Assembly (NCBI GenBank): GCA_051872335.1
Contig: JBJEDT010000025.1
Span: 51,365-115,364 of the forward strand
Direction of reading: 5' to 3'
Source: Bacilli bacterium
Lineage (GTDB): Bacteria; Bacillota_I; Bacilli_A; RFN20; CAG-826
Length of the DNA: 64,000 nt
In this document: piece by piece, positions 35,448 to 45,381 of the stretch
How positions within the stretch are numbered: the stretch's first letter is position 1
Layout: the number at the start of each line of letters is the position of its first letter
Notes under the pieces: generated by a model
Database searches by the model: none
What the model saw: the letters and a program-made list of their open reading frames with translations, nothing else
What the model was told of the DNA's origin: nothing
Translations under genes and position numbers: made by a program

Positions 35448-36356
35448 TTATATATTTTCTTGTAAATCTTTTTTATTATTTTTTATATAAGAAAAAATTA
35501 ATAAGACTAAATTACCTAATAATACAAATCCATATATAATAAACCAATATAAAATACTATAAGATTTACTTGTTAAAGTGATTAAAGTAATTAATAAACC
35601 TAAAGACAAAGTACATAAAACAATATTAATCACAAATCCTATACTTTTCAAATTAAAACTATTAATAATGGAAGTAATAAGTGGTAAAGCCACTAGTAAA
35701 TAAAATAAATAGAAAACAGGAATACTCTTATTTAATAAAATATCAAAGATAGTTAAAGTAGTTTCTTCATCTACATATACTAAAGGAATAGTAAAGAACA
35801 TAACAGCTGATACACAAGTTAATGCATAAGATATTAATTGAAGTGAACTTAATTTTGATGGTTCACTTTTTCTAGTAGATCCTATTAATTCCATTAATGC
35901 ATTATTATTTTCTAATCCTTTAAATAAAGGATAACCGATAATAGTAACACATACAAATTCTCCAACTGCAACTTCAAGAACTGTAATAAAGAAAGGAATT
36001 TCATAAACTATGCTTAATTCTGCTCCAACAATTAAACCGACAAATAAAGTAGGCCATAATGATGCAATAAAAAGCCTTTTACTTAAACATATAAAAATAC
36101 ATGGAAGTATTGTTGATAATGTACCAAACACAATATCAACCCATCCTAAAGGTGAAAAACAGTTAGCAATTAAACATCCTAATGAAATAGAATATCCATA
36201 TTTTTTATTATAAAAACATAAAAGAATTAACGCTTCTGAAATTCTAAATTGAAGAGGACCATAACTTAAAGGTGCAATACCTACAGTTAAGGCAACATAC
36301 ATAGCACAAATAATTGCTATACTAGAAAGATCTTTAATAATATTTTTTCTAGTCAT
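35448..36356 (-). CDS. queT: Queuosine-precursor transporter QueT-like protein with about 140-aa C-terminal multi-TM extension
   Basis: Motif PLSYGPLQFRISEALILL matches the QueT (COG4708) FG..QFR.SEAL signature. The likely start is the ATG at 36356 (RBS AAGAGGTG) rather than the GTG at 36365. Confidence 0.6.
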   Translation of the reverse strand: MTRKNIIKDLSSIAIICAMYVALTVGIAPLSYGPLQFRISEALILLCFYNKKYGYSISLGCLIANCFSPLGWVDIVFGTLSTILPCIFICLSKRLFIASLWPTLFVGLIVGAELSIVYEIPFFITVLEVAVGEFVCVTIIGYPLFKGLENNNALMELIGSTRKSEPSKLSSLQLISYALTCVSAVMFFTIPLVYVDEETTLTIFDILLNKSIPVFYLFYLLVALPLITSIINSFNLKSIGFVINIVLCTLSLGLLITLITLTSKSYSILYWFIIYGFVLLGNLVLLIFSYIKNNKKDLQENI

Positions 36357-36379
36357 GGTAAACACCTCTTTTCAAGCAT

Positions 36380-36410
36380 GAAAAAAGAACAGTATTCAAT
36401 AAACCGTTCT
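36380..36410 (-). terminator. Intrinsic terminator hairpin (AGAACGG…CUGUUCU + U6) in the queT leader; riboswitch expression platform
   Basis: A 7-bp stem, 11-nt loop and U6 lie directly upstream of the RBS. Confidence 0.6.
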
Positions 36411-36443
36411 TTGTAATAAATAACATAAAATTCATAAAAATAC

Positions 36444-36492
36444 ACCCCTTGTTTTGTTATTTTAGAAGATGGTTATGCAAGGAACATCTTCT
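36444..36492 (-). promoter_or_regulatory. preQ1-I-type riboswitch aptamer
   Basis: Minus-strand RNA reads AGAAGAUG-UUCCUUGCAUAAC-CAUCUUCU-AAAAUAACAAAACAAGGGG. This is a P1 stem plus an A-rich tail (UAACAAAACAAGG), nearly identical to the T. tengcongensis preQ1-I tail UUAACAAAACAAGG. The tail CAAGG can pair with loop CCUUG (pseudoknot). It sits upstream of queT, the canonical genomic context. Confidence 0.6.
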
Positions 36493-36523
36493 TGCTAATA
36501 TTGTATATCAATTATTTAAAAAA

Positions 36524-37570
36524 TCAATTAAGAAATCCATATTTTATTGCAAGGAAAATAAAAGCAATAAAAATACCTAAGCAAATAAAGAAAACAAATA
36601 AATTGACAATTGTTGATTTTTTTCTTCTTTGAGTATTTTTTAAAAGAGTTTTATATCCATCTGAACTGATACCTTCTCTAATACATTCATCTAAGACATT
36701 TCGATATTCAGCCATATTACCAAATGGTTTACCAGCTTTTACTAAATCAGTGTCACTTACACAACCACGTTTACATAATAAAATCATCCAATAACATGTA
36801 GAACATTTATAATCATTTCTTATTAAAGATTGATAGATTGGTATTGCATCACTAAATAAAGTAGCTTCTCTAAATTTATGTGCTAATCCCATAACAATTT
36901 CAAAACGCTCTTTATATTGGGAAGGAAAGAAAGTAATGAGAGTATTAATGATATCAATAATGTTTAAATAGTCAATTATCTCTTTATAATGTTCAATAGC
37001 TTGGTAACAAGCATCAATTACAAATTCGATACTTTCATATTGTTCTTTATAAGAACCATGTAAATTAACAATAGCTTTTACTTTACTTAAATCACGTAGT
37101 TTAGAAACACGAAGATAAAATTCGTGCTTGTTATTACAAGATGCCTGACAATAAATAGCATATTTTAAGCAAACATAATCATTAGGAATGTGTTCTAAAT
37201 AAATCTTAATGTACTTTGATGCATTATCAAAATCATTATATTTAAATATAGCAAGGTTAATATGTTCAAGTAATAAACTATATAATCTTTCATCTTTATT
37301 TCTAATAAAATATTGTACTAATTCATCATAGGCTGTTTCTGTAAGAACAGTATTTAAGGAATTACATGATACTAATAATTGGTAATATGGAATATGATTA
37401 TCAAGTACTTCATATTGTGATGATAATTTTAAAATTTTATCTAGTTTATCAAATTCTCCTTTTTTAATTAATGAATTAGCAAGCAAAGAAAAATCATCAA
37501 TATACCCAATAATATCTGGTATATTTTCTTGTTCAAATAATTCAATTAATTTTGAATAAGATAACTTCAT
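36524..37570 (-). CDS. Hypothetical protein with C-terminal TM anchor (348 aa)
   Basis: ORF with a C-terminal hydrophobic helix IVNLFVFFICLGIFIAFIFLAI. Helical repeat-like N-region. Confidence 0.4.
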   Translation of the reverse strand: MKLSYSKLIELFEQENIPDIIGYIDDFSLLANSLIKKGEFDKLDKILKLSSQYEVLDNHIPYYQLLVSCNSLNTVLTETAYDELVQYFIRNKDERLYSLLLEHINLAIFKYNDFDNASKYIKIYLEHIPNDYVCLKYAIYCQASCNNKHEFYLRVSKLRDLSKVKAIVNLHGSYKEQYESIEFVIDACYQAIEHYKEIIDYLNIIDIINTLITFFPSQYKERFEIVMGLAHKFREATLFSDAIPIYQSLIRNDYKCSTCYWMILLCKRGCVSDTDLVKAGKPFGNMAEYRNVLDECIREGISSDGYKTLLKNTQRRKKSTIVNLFVFFICLGIFIAFIFLAIKYGFLN

Positions 37571-37586
37571 AAGAACTCACCACTCT

Positions 37587-38477
37587 CTAATAATCTTTGT
37601 TATATACTTTTTTACAAATATATTTTGCGTATAATAAAGCAATATTTACTCCTGTACTAGATTCAATTCCATTAAAGAAAGCATTCGAATCTACATCACA
37701 AATAATAGGTTGCCCATGATCTCCAATTAAAAGATCTACTCCACAGTAATCTAAATCTAATAATTCAGCAGCTTTTTCAGCAACTTCTTGATAAGCTTCA
37801 GGTAAAATGAAATTAACGTGACTTAGTGAACTAAATTCATTATTTGACATAAAATCATCTTTTGTTTTTCTATCAATAGATGCAACAACTTTCTTATTTA
37901 TTAAGATTGCCTTATAGTCATGTCCTCTTGATGATTCGACATATTCTTGATAATAATGCTTTTTATATATCATTCTTTCTTCGACATCTTTTAGTTCTCT
38001 ATCATTACCAATTAAAATAGTTTGTGCTGCTAAAGAAGAATAAGATTCTTTACATACAAGAGGATATTTCATATGTTTTTTTATAACTTTATAAAATTCA
38101 AATTCATTTATATTTCTAGAACAAAATGGTGCAGAAATCGTAGTAGGAGTTTCAATGCCATGTCCTGCTAAACAAATATTAGCATGCATTTTATCATCGC
38201 ATAACATCATACTAGCTACATTATTAAAAACAGGTATGCCAGTCTTTTCAATTAATTTTGCAATATAAAAATCTTTATCTAAGTACACTACAAAATCATA
38301 GTCGCCAATATTATTAACGATTTCACCATTTTTGATATAACAAGCAAGAAAATTATTTTCTCTAATGTCAACATCAATTCCTAAATTTTTAAATTCAATT
38401 CCTAGTCTTTTTGCTTGGTGCTCAACACTAGCGTATACGCAATAAGCGTTTACTATAATTAGTCCTTTATTAAACAT
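37587..38477 (-). CDS. RimK-like ATP-grasp ligase, paralog A
   Basis: Architecture and motifs of the RimK/alpha-L-glutamate-ligase-type ATP-grasp family (…YKAILINKKVVAS…DYCGVDLLIG…). 296 aa. Confidence 0.55.
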   Translation of the reverse strand: MFNKGLIIVNAYCVYASVEHQAKRLGIEFKNLGIDVDIRENNFLACYIKNGEIVNNIGDYDFVVYLDKDFYIAKLIEKTGIPVFNNVASMMLCDDKMHANICLAGHGIETPTTISAPFCSRNINEFEFYKVIKKHMKYPLVCKESYSSLAAQTILIGNDRELKDVEERMIYKKHYYQEYVESSRGHDYKAILINKKVVASIDRKTKDDFMSNNEFSSLSHVNFILPEAYQEVAEKAAELLDLDYCGVDLLIGDHGQPIICDVDSNAFFNGIESSTGVNIALLYAKYICKKVYNKDY

Positions 38478-38552
38478 AATGTACTCCTAATTAAATTATA
38501 ACAAATATTTATATTAATTGTAGATAAAATAAAATAATGGAATGTTTTTCCA

Positions 38553-38933
38553 TTATTCTTTGTCTTTACAATCCTCGCAAATACCATAAAAAGTTAATTC
38601 ATAACTAAAGATTTCATCATTACCAATCATGGAAGGATAATCAACTTTTATACTTGGATCATTTGCGTCTATATCATAGACATTGCCACATTTTTTGCAC
38701 ACAAAATGATAGTGTTCATCTTTTACTGTTTCATAATAAATTTGTCCATTAGCACTAATAATTTTAATTAATCCAGCATCAACTAATACTTCTAAATTAC
38801 GATAAATAGTTGCTACAGAAGCTTTATTTGATGTTTTTTGAATATAATCAATTATATCTGCAATAGATGAATGCTTCAATTCATGAATAGCATTATAAAT
38901 TACTGCTCTTTGACTTGTGTTTCTTTTAATCAT
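38553..38933 (-). CDS. Fur-family transcriptional regulator (Fur/PerR/Zur type)
   Basis: N-terminal wHTH (TSQRAVIYNAI…ADIIDYI…ATIYRNLEVLVDAGL) and C-terminal metal-site pattern HYHFVCKKCG…CEDC. Confidence 0.75.
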   Translation of the reverse strand: MIKRNTSQRAVIYNAIHELKHSSIADIIDYIQKTSNKASVATIYRNLEVLVDAGLIKIISANGQIYYETVKDEHYHFVCKKCGNVYDIDANDPSIKVDYPSMIGNDEIFSYELTFYGICEDCKDKE

Positions 38934-39227
38934 ACTTTATAACCTCTAAGAAAATAAAATTATCAATCATTCTATCAACTTATTGCTTATATGTTCGAGA
39001 GTAAAAATAATGTTTATTTAAATTGGAACATAAAAGAGTTGGGAATAAGAAAGGGATAGGGAATTGATTTAGTTTTTTAAACTATACTTCTATTTTAAAT
39101 GAAATTAAATATATTTCAATACTATAAAACACTTAATATTTGAATTAACAATTTTAGAAAATGTAGTTTACTACAATTTTTTAAAATAAATAATGTGCTC
39201 AATAGTAACTCTTTAATTTTTTTATAA

Positions 39228-40115
39228 TTATTTATAAATTTCTTTAATAATATATTTTACATATTCGATAGCTACATTCTTTTTTGAATACTTTTCAATT
39301 GGTTCTAAATATGCGTTAGCATTCACTTCACATAAGATTGGCTCATTATTTGGTCCATATAATAAATCAAGTCCACAATAATCAAGACCTAAAATAGAAG
39401 CAACTTTGATAGCTTCTTCAGCAAATTCTTTTTCTAAAGTAGGTTGAAGTCCTACTCCTCCAGTTTCAATATTAGATCTAAATTCATCATCATTTTGAGC
39501 AACACGTTGCATATGTGCAACAACTTTACCTCCAATTACAACAACACGCATATCTTTACCAAATGATGATGCAATATATTCTTGATAAATATGAGGTCTA
39601 TCATTAATTTTATTTTCTACTTCTTCAAGTTCTTGCTCATTATGAACTAAATATACTTGTTCACCTAAAGATCCATAAACTTCTTTTACAATAAAAGGAA
39701 AAGAAAGAATATTCATAACATTATGTAAAAATTCTTTTTTACTACCTTCAGCATATTTTAAAGGAAAAGGAATTGTAATAGGCATTTTAATGCCATTATT
39801 AGAAAGTATTAAATGTGTAAGCATTTTATCATCACAATATCTAATTGATTCAGCTTTATTAAATAAACGATAGCCAGCTTTTTCTAACATAGTAGAAATA
39901 TAATAATCTTTATCAAGAAAAATTATAAAATCGTATGGTAAATCTTTTGATTTGATATTACCTATTTTATCAATATAAACTAAAATTTCAGAATTACTTT
40001 TAACATCCATTTCAATTCCAAATGATTTGAATTCATCTTGTAAACGTTTCACCATATGAAGAACTGAATCCCATACTTTAAAAGCATTTGTAATAATTAA
40101 TCCTTTTTTAAACAT
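39228..40115 (-). CDS. RimK-like ATP-grasp ligase, paralog B
   Basis: Paralogous to 37587-38477: MFKKGLIITNAF vs MFNKGLIIVNAY, and a shared DYCG(L/V)DLL motif. Confidence 0.55.
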   Translation of the reverse strand: MFKKGLIITNAFKVWDSVLHMVKRLQDEFKSFGIEMDVKSNSEILVYIDKIGNIKSKDLPYDFIIFLDKDYYISTMLEKAGYRLFNKAESIRYCDDKMLTHLILSNNGIKMPITIPFPLKYAEGSKKEFLHNVMNILSFPFIVKEVYGSLGEQVYLVHNEQELEEVENKINDRPHIYQEYIASSFGKDMRVVVIGGKVVAHMQRVAQNDDEFRSNIETGGVGLQPTLEKEFAEEAIKVASILGLDYCGLDLLYGPNNEPILCEVNANAYLEPIEKYSKKNVAIEYVKYIIKEIYK

Positions 40116-40486
40116 AAAAACACTTCCTATCTTTTTTATTATAAATTGTTTTTATCTTTTGTGTTAAGAAGTCTTTAAATTATTTTTTTGTTTATCAAAA
40201 TATTCTTTAAGTTTATTGATAAATCTTTAACTACTTTATAATATGAAGATATGTTTAAAAGCAATCTATTTAATTTCAACATTTTCATATTTAAAATTGA
40301 TATGTTGTAAAAATATGTAAAAATCATTTATCTCAAATGCATTACAACATGCATTTTTTTAAAAAATTTTATAAAAATTAGAAAGGTGATTTTTATAGAC
40401 TTAAGAGAATTTGAATATTAAAAAAATGTGCTTTAATATGGGATATTTTCACAACAAAATATTTATATCAATTTTAAGATGGTTTT

Positions 40487-41569
40487 TTGGGAAACAATGC
40501 ATATGTGCTTTTAAATTATTGTAGATTATGGAGAAATGTTATGGAAAATAATATAATTAATGCCGATTTTAAAATATGGGTTAATGAAATAAGTAAAAAG
40601 TACAAACAAGCTCAAATTAAAGCAGCAATAAGTGTGAATAGTGAAATGCTTAAATTTTATTTTGAACTTGGAAAAGAGATTGCTAACAATTCTTTTAAAG
40701 CTACATATGGTTCGAAATTTTATGATTCATTAAGTAAGGAACTAATTGATCAACTTCCTACGGTGAAAGGATTATCTGTAATCAATTTAAGATATATGGA
40801 AAGGTTTTATCTCTTTTATAAAAATAAAATTTCAATTATTCCACAACTTGTGGAAGAATTGTTTTCAATCCCTTGGGGTCACCATCGATATATTATCGAT
40901 AAATGTAAAGATGTTGAAAAAACACTGTTTTTTGTAAGGAAAATTCATGAAAACAATTGGTCAAGAGATGTATTATTAAATTTTTTATCAACTGATTTAT
41001 ATGAAAGAGAAGGAAAAGCAATTAACAATTTTGAATCAGCTTTACCAGATGTAAATAAAGATTTAGCAAAGCAAATTACAAAAGACCCATATAATTTTGA
41101 TTTTTTATCATTAACTAATGATTATAATGAGAAAAAACTTAAGGAGGCTTTGATTGATAACATCCAAAGATTTTTATTAGAGTTAGGAGAAGGATTTGCG
41201 TTTGTTGGAAGAGAATCAAGATTATTAATTGGAGAAACGGAGTTCTTTACTGATTTATTATTTTACAATATTAAACTTCATGCTTATGTCGTTATTGAAG
41301 TAAAAATTACAAAATTTAATCCTGGTGATTTAGGCCAATTAAGTACATATGTTTCATCTGTAAATCATTTATTAAAAGGCGAAAATGATAACCCGACCAT
41401 CGGAATTCTTATTTGTAAAGATAAAGACAAAATAGTTGCTGAATACTCTCTTGAAAATTATAACATTCCATTAGGAATATCGTCCTATGAACTCAATAGA
41501 TTATTACCAAAAGAATTAAAAGACTCCTTGCCTTCAATCGAAGAACTTGAAAGTAAGTTAGTAGAATAA
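40487..41569 (+). CDS. DUF1016/YhcG-family PD-(D/E)xK nuclease-domain protein
   Basis: Conserved YhcG-like N-terminus and a C-terminal DLLFYN…AYVVIEVKI (D…E.K) motif. Confidence 0.6.
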   Translation: MGNNAYVLLNYCRLWRNVMENNIINADFKIWVNEISKKYKQAQIKAAISVNSEMLKFYFELGKEIANNSFKATYGSKFYDSLSKELIDQLPTVKGLSVINLRYMERFYLFYKNKISIIPQLVEELFSIPWGHHRYIIDKCKDVEKTLFFVRKIHENNWSRDVLLNFLSTDLYEREGKAINNFESALPDVNKDLAKQITKDPYNFDFLSLTNDYNEKKLKEALIDNIQRFLLELGEGFAFVGRESRLLIGETEFFTDLLFYNIKLHAYVVIEVKITKFNPGDLGQLSTYVSSVNHLLKGENDNPTIGILICKDKDKIVAEYSLENYNIPLGISSYELNRLLPKELKDSLPSIEELESKLVE

Positions 41570-42231
41570 TCATTATGAATTCTCAACATGAAATAATTAC
41601 TAAGATAATAAAAATTAAATATTCTATTAATATTAAATGTTTTTGCAAAGCAATTGATTTTAAATGAGGCACATATTGAATTACATTATTATAAAAAATG
41701 ATATGAACATAGAAAATCACTAATTACATATCGTAATTGCAAAATATTTTAATCAAATACATTGCGTTTTTGTGATTTTTTAGTACATAAATAAATTGCG
41801 TATTTGTATAAGAACTAATGTGGATGATTATCATACTTTTTAAAAGAAAAATATTTGGTGAATTATAAAAATGAAAAAATAACTTTAAAGGTAATTTTTT
41901 ATGCCATTAGTGAATCTAGATATGATAAAAAAAGCAAATATTACAGCACTTAAATCAGTGATTAGTTTAATTTTCGTATTATGCATTTATATATTAATAA
42001 TGTAATTATTAGTTAAATTTCACAAATGTGTTAAATAAAATAGCACAAATGTGTTAAACAAACATTCACAAATTTGTAAAGTGTGATATACTATCTTAAT
42101 TTTTCTTTTGATCTATTTATAAAAATATTTATAAAATGTATATCAAAATAAACGAATAATTATAATAAAGAATAACAATGAATAATATTTGTGCTATAAT
42201 ATTAACGCAAATTTAATTAAGGAGATTTTTT

Positions 42232-42951
42232 ATGGGAAGAGCACACGAAGTTAGAGCAGCTTCAATGGCTGCAACTGCTGCTAAAAAAACAGCTCTATAT
42301 AATAGAGCATCAAAAGAAATTTACATGGCAGCAAAATCAGGTGATCCAGATCCAAATTCAAACCTTGCTTTAAGAGCTGCAATTGAAAAATATAAAGGTC
42401 AAAACATCTCTAAAGATGTTATTAATAGAGCTATTGAAAAAGCAAAAGGTGGATCAGCTGAATCATATATTGAAGGAAGATATGAAGGCTTTGGTCAAGG
42501 TAACTGTTACATTATTATTGATACATTAACTGATAATGCAAATAGAGCATATACAAATGTTAGAACAGCAGTTAATAAAAAAGGTGGACACTTAGGTACA
42601 CCTGGATCAGTAGCATTTAACTTTGAACAATTAGGCGTTATTACTTTTGAAACATCTAAATCAGCTGAAGAATTAGAAGAATTACTCATTATGGGTGATG
42701 TTGATTTAAGAAAAGTTGAAAAAGATGATGACTATGCTGAAGTCTTAGTTGCTCCTGAAGCTTTAGATGCAGCTAAAGAAGTATTAAATGGTGAAGGAAT
42801 CAGTGAATTCCAAAAATGCGAAAAGAGTATGATTCCAAACGAATATGTTACTTTAGAAGGTGAAGATCTAGAAAAATTTCAACAATTACTAGATATCCTT
42901 GATGAAGTAGAAGATGTCCAAGCTGTATATCATAATGTAGAAAACGCATAA
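42232..42951 (+). CDS. yebC: YebC/PmpR-family probable transcriptional regulator
   Basis: MGRAHEVRAASMAATAAKKTALYNRASKEIYMAAKSGDPDP is the canonical YebC N-terminus. Confidence 0.85.
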   Translation: MGRAHEVRAASMAATAAKKTALYNRASKEIYMAAKSGDPDPNSNLALRAAIEKYKGQNISKDVINRAIEKAKGGSAESYIEGRYEGFGQGNCYIIIDTLTDNANRAYTNVRTAVNKKGGHLGTPGSVAFNFEQLGVITFETSKSAEELEELLIMGDVDLRKVEKDDDYAEVLVAPEALDAAKEVLNGEGISEFQKCEKSMIPNEYVTLEGEDLEKFQQLLDILDEVEDVQAVYHNVENA

Positions 42952-43034
42952 TTAATTTTTGTAAAAAAAAGAGATATTGTGGAAAACCATAATATCTCTT
43001 TTTCATTTTAAAATAAGAGCAAAATGTAAGTTTC

Positions 43035-44366
43035 TTATTCAATAATCTTTGGGTTCATAAGAAAATTATATAAACCAACTATAATAATGCCTTGTTCATT
43101 ATATAATGGTTTTTTATAACCTTTGACAATAATAATCTTTTTAAAATTATCATCTATTCGTAATAATGAATTTTGCTCTTGCTGCAATTTATCATTATTT
43201 GGTAGGTCAAGTGTAGATTGAATATAAATTCTTTTATTTCCATCATTTACTATGAAATCAATTTCATAATTGATTCGTTTTGTTGTTTGCGAATTTTTTT
43301 CTTTAGTAAAGGCTTCTACTAATCCAACATCTACTGAATACCCTTGTCTTAATAATTCAATATAAATTATATTTTCCATTAAATGTGATTCTTCAACTTG
43401 TCTAAAATTTAATCGAGCATTTCTTAAACCTGTATCAATAAAATAATATTTACTTTGAGTCCCTATATATTTTCTTCCTTTAACATCATAACGATTTGCT
43501 TCACGAATAAGGAATGAATTTTCTAAGTACTTAAGATATTTTGCAATAGTATTATCACAAATGTTACTAATATTATTAGATTTAAAAGTATTTTCTATTT
43601 TTCTAACATTAATAGGTGATCCAATAGAAGATGCAATAATATTAGTTATATTATCTATTGATACATCAGAATTCAAGTTATATCTTTCAACAATATCTTT
43701 ATAATATGTACCAACAAATAAGTCTTTTAAATATTTTTGTTTTTCTTGAATATTTGGCTCAAGAACAGCAAGTGGCATACCACCATAAGTAATGTACTCA
43801 TCCCATAATTCATCATATTCTTTATAATTAAATGATTCTTTAATTTCTTTAAATGATAAAGGATAAACTTCAATATTATAATTTCTATTTCTAAATTCTG
43901 TTGGAAGATCGGAAGATAATAAACGAGAATTGCTTCCAGTTACATAACAATCGACTTGATTATTATTTAATAGTTCATTAAGAACATCATGGTATGTTAT
44001 CCATTGTTCATTCTCACTAATTCCTTTAATAAGTTGATTATTATCATCTATAAAAGCTGGATTTACAATTTTGACACATTCTTGAATCTCATCTAGCAAA
44101 ACATAGTATTTACCATTATCAACAATTTTTCCTTTGATATATTCTAAAAGTTTTACCGGATTTCTTAAATAAGAATTACTTAATTCATCTAATTTAATTT
44201 TAATAATATGATTATCTTTAACCCCTATTGATAATAAATAATCAACGAATAATTTAAAAAGTAAATAAGATTTTCCACAACGTCTTATTCCTATAATTAC
44301 TTTAATTAATGGTGAACTCATTGACTCAATTAATTTATTTAGTAAATCTGTTCTTTTGATTTCCAT
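43035..44366 (-). CDS. AAA-family ATPase with DUF4143-like C-terminal domain, paralog 2
   Basis: Walker A GIRRCGKSY and Walker B LLDEIQE. The track start at 44405 would read through repeat copy 1. The ATG at 44366 has RBS AGGAGA and gives MEIKRTDLL…. Confidence 0.65.
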   Translation of the reverse strand: MEIKRTDLLNKLIESMSSPLIKVIIGIRRCGKSYLLFKLFVDYLLSIGVKDNHIIKIKLDELSNSYLRNPVKLLEYIKGKIVDNGKYYVLLDEIQECVKIVNPAFIDDNNQLIKGISENEQWITYHDVLNELLNNNQVDCYVTGSNSRLLSSDLPTEFRNRNYNIEVYPLSFKEIKESFNYKEYDELWDEYITYGGMPLAVLEPNIQEKQKYLKDLFVGTYYKDIVERYNLNSDVSIDNITNIIASSIGSPINVRKIENTFKSNNISNICDNTIAKYLKYLENSFLIREANRYDVKGRKYIGTQSKYYFIDTGLRNARLNFRQVEESHLMENIIYIELLRQGYSVDVGLVEAFTKEKNSQTTKRINYEIDFIVNDGNKRIYIQSTLDLPNNDKLQQEQNSLLRIDDNFKKIIIVKGYKKPLYNEQGIIIVGLYNFLMNPKIIE

Positions 44367-44385
44367 ATCTAAGTCTCCTGTAAAA

Positions 44386-44493
44386 ATTTTTGTGTATATA
44401 CACATTTTTGTTTACTTCATATTATTATTTTTATTCCATTTTGTCAATTATATACGATAAATTTTTTTGTGTATATACACATTTTTGTTTACT
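44386..44493. repeat. Two direct copies of a 31-bp element tttttgtgtatatacacatttttgtttact (contains the palindrome GTGTATATACAC), 77 bp apart, in the leader of the ATPase gene
   Basis: Copies at 44386-44416 and 44463-44493, seen directly. Confidence 0.75.
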
Positions 44494-44516
44494 AGCATTG
44501 TTTTCATAAATAATAT

Positions 44517-45344
44517 TTAATGTAAACAAAGAAGAATTATTGCTAAGATAATTCGATAAATTCCAAAAATGATAAGAGTATGTTTTTTAATATATTTTAA
44601 TAAAAATCTAATTACTACTAGAGAAAATAAATATGAGATAACACATCCAATTAAAAGAAGAATAATATTATTTTCAGTGAATACATCTACATTTTTTATT
44701 ATTCTTAAGAAAGATGCTCCTATCATAATAGGTAAACTCATTAAAAAAGAAAAACGAATTACATCTTCTTTTTTATATCCAAGAATTAATCCACCGATTA
44801 AAGTAATTCCACTTCTTGATGTCCCAGGAAATATCATTGCAATACATTGAAATAAACCCAAAAAGAGTGAATCTAAATAAGTCACATTATCAGATTTTTT
44901 TAATCTAACTACTTTTTCAATAAACAAAAATACGATACCTAAGACAAATAATGCAATTATTATAATAATTAAATTTTCTTGAAAAGAACTAATAATTTGA
45001 TCTAAGAGTAATCCTAATATTAAACATGGAATCATTGAAATAATTAACTTTATATAAAGTGGTAATCTAATTTTAAATTCCTCCTTATTTTTAAAAAATA
45101 ATTCTTTATTAAATATTTGAATAACTGCTAAACAAGATGCAAGTTGAATAACAACTAATAAAACATTAAAAAAATCTGTATCTAAAATATCATTAAAAAA
45201 ATAATTTACAATAATTAAATGTGCGGTACTAGAAATTGGTAACCACTCAGTAAAAGCTTGTACAATTCCTAAAATAATAACAAGTATTAATTCTATTAAT
45301 CTAATCATATTCAAGTATATGAATAAAACTAATATTATAGACAA
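44517..45344 (-). CDS. uppP: Undecaprenyl-diphosphatase (UppP/BacA)
   Basis: Motif GIVQAFTEWLPISSTAHLII is the BacA/UppP signature. Multi-TM. Confidence 0.8.
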   Translation of the reverse strand: MSIILVLFIYLNMIRLIELILVIILGIVQAFTEWLPISSTAHLIIVNYFFNDILDTDFFNVLLVVIQLASCLAVIQIFNKELFFKNKEEFKIRLPLYIKLIISMIPCLILGLLLDQIISSFQENLIIIIIALFVLGIVFLFIEKVVRLKKSDNVTYLDSLFLGLFQCIAMIFPGTSRSGITLIGGLILGYKKEDVIRFSFLMSLPIMIGASFLRIIKNVDVFTENNIILLLIGCVISYLFSLVVIRFLLKYIKKHTLIIFGIYRIILAIILLCLH

Positions 45345-45369
45345 AAAAACCAGCGATATATTTCGCTGG
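45343..45369 (-). terminator. Rho-independent terminator of adhE
   Basis: ccagcga-tatatt-tcgctgg hairpin plus U7 on the minus strand, 13 bp after the adhE stop. Confidence 0.65.
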
Positions 45370-45381
45370 CATATAGTAAAA

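Noticed and set aside
25123-36213. Other nested ORFs (25123-25359, 26750-27007, 30638-30820, 31199-31414, 31489-31695, 31860-32363, 33559-33786, 34093-34278, 36010-36213, 42507-42689, 42848-43042, 44569-44850, 47606-47839, 63779-63961)
   Set aside because: Same reasoning: they are embedded in or overlapping well-supported genes on the opposite strand or in another frame.
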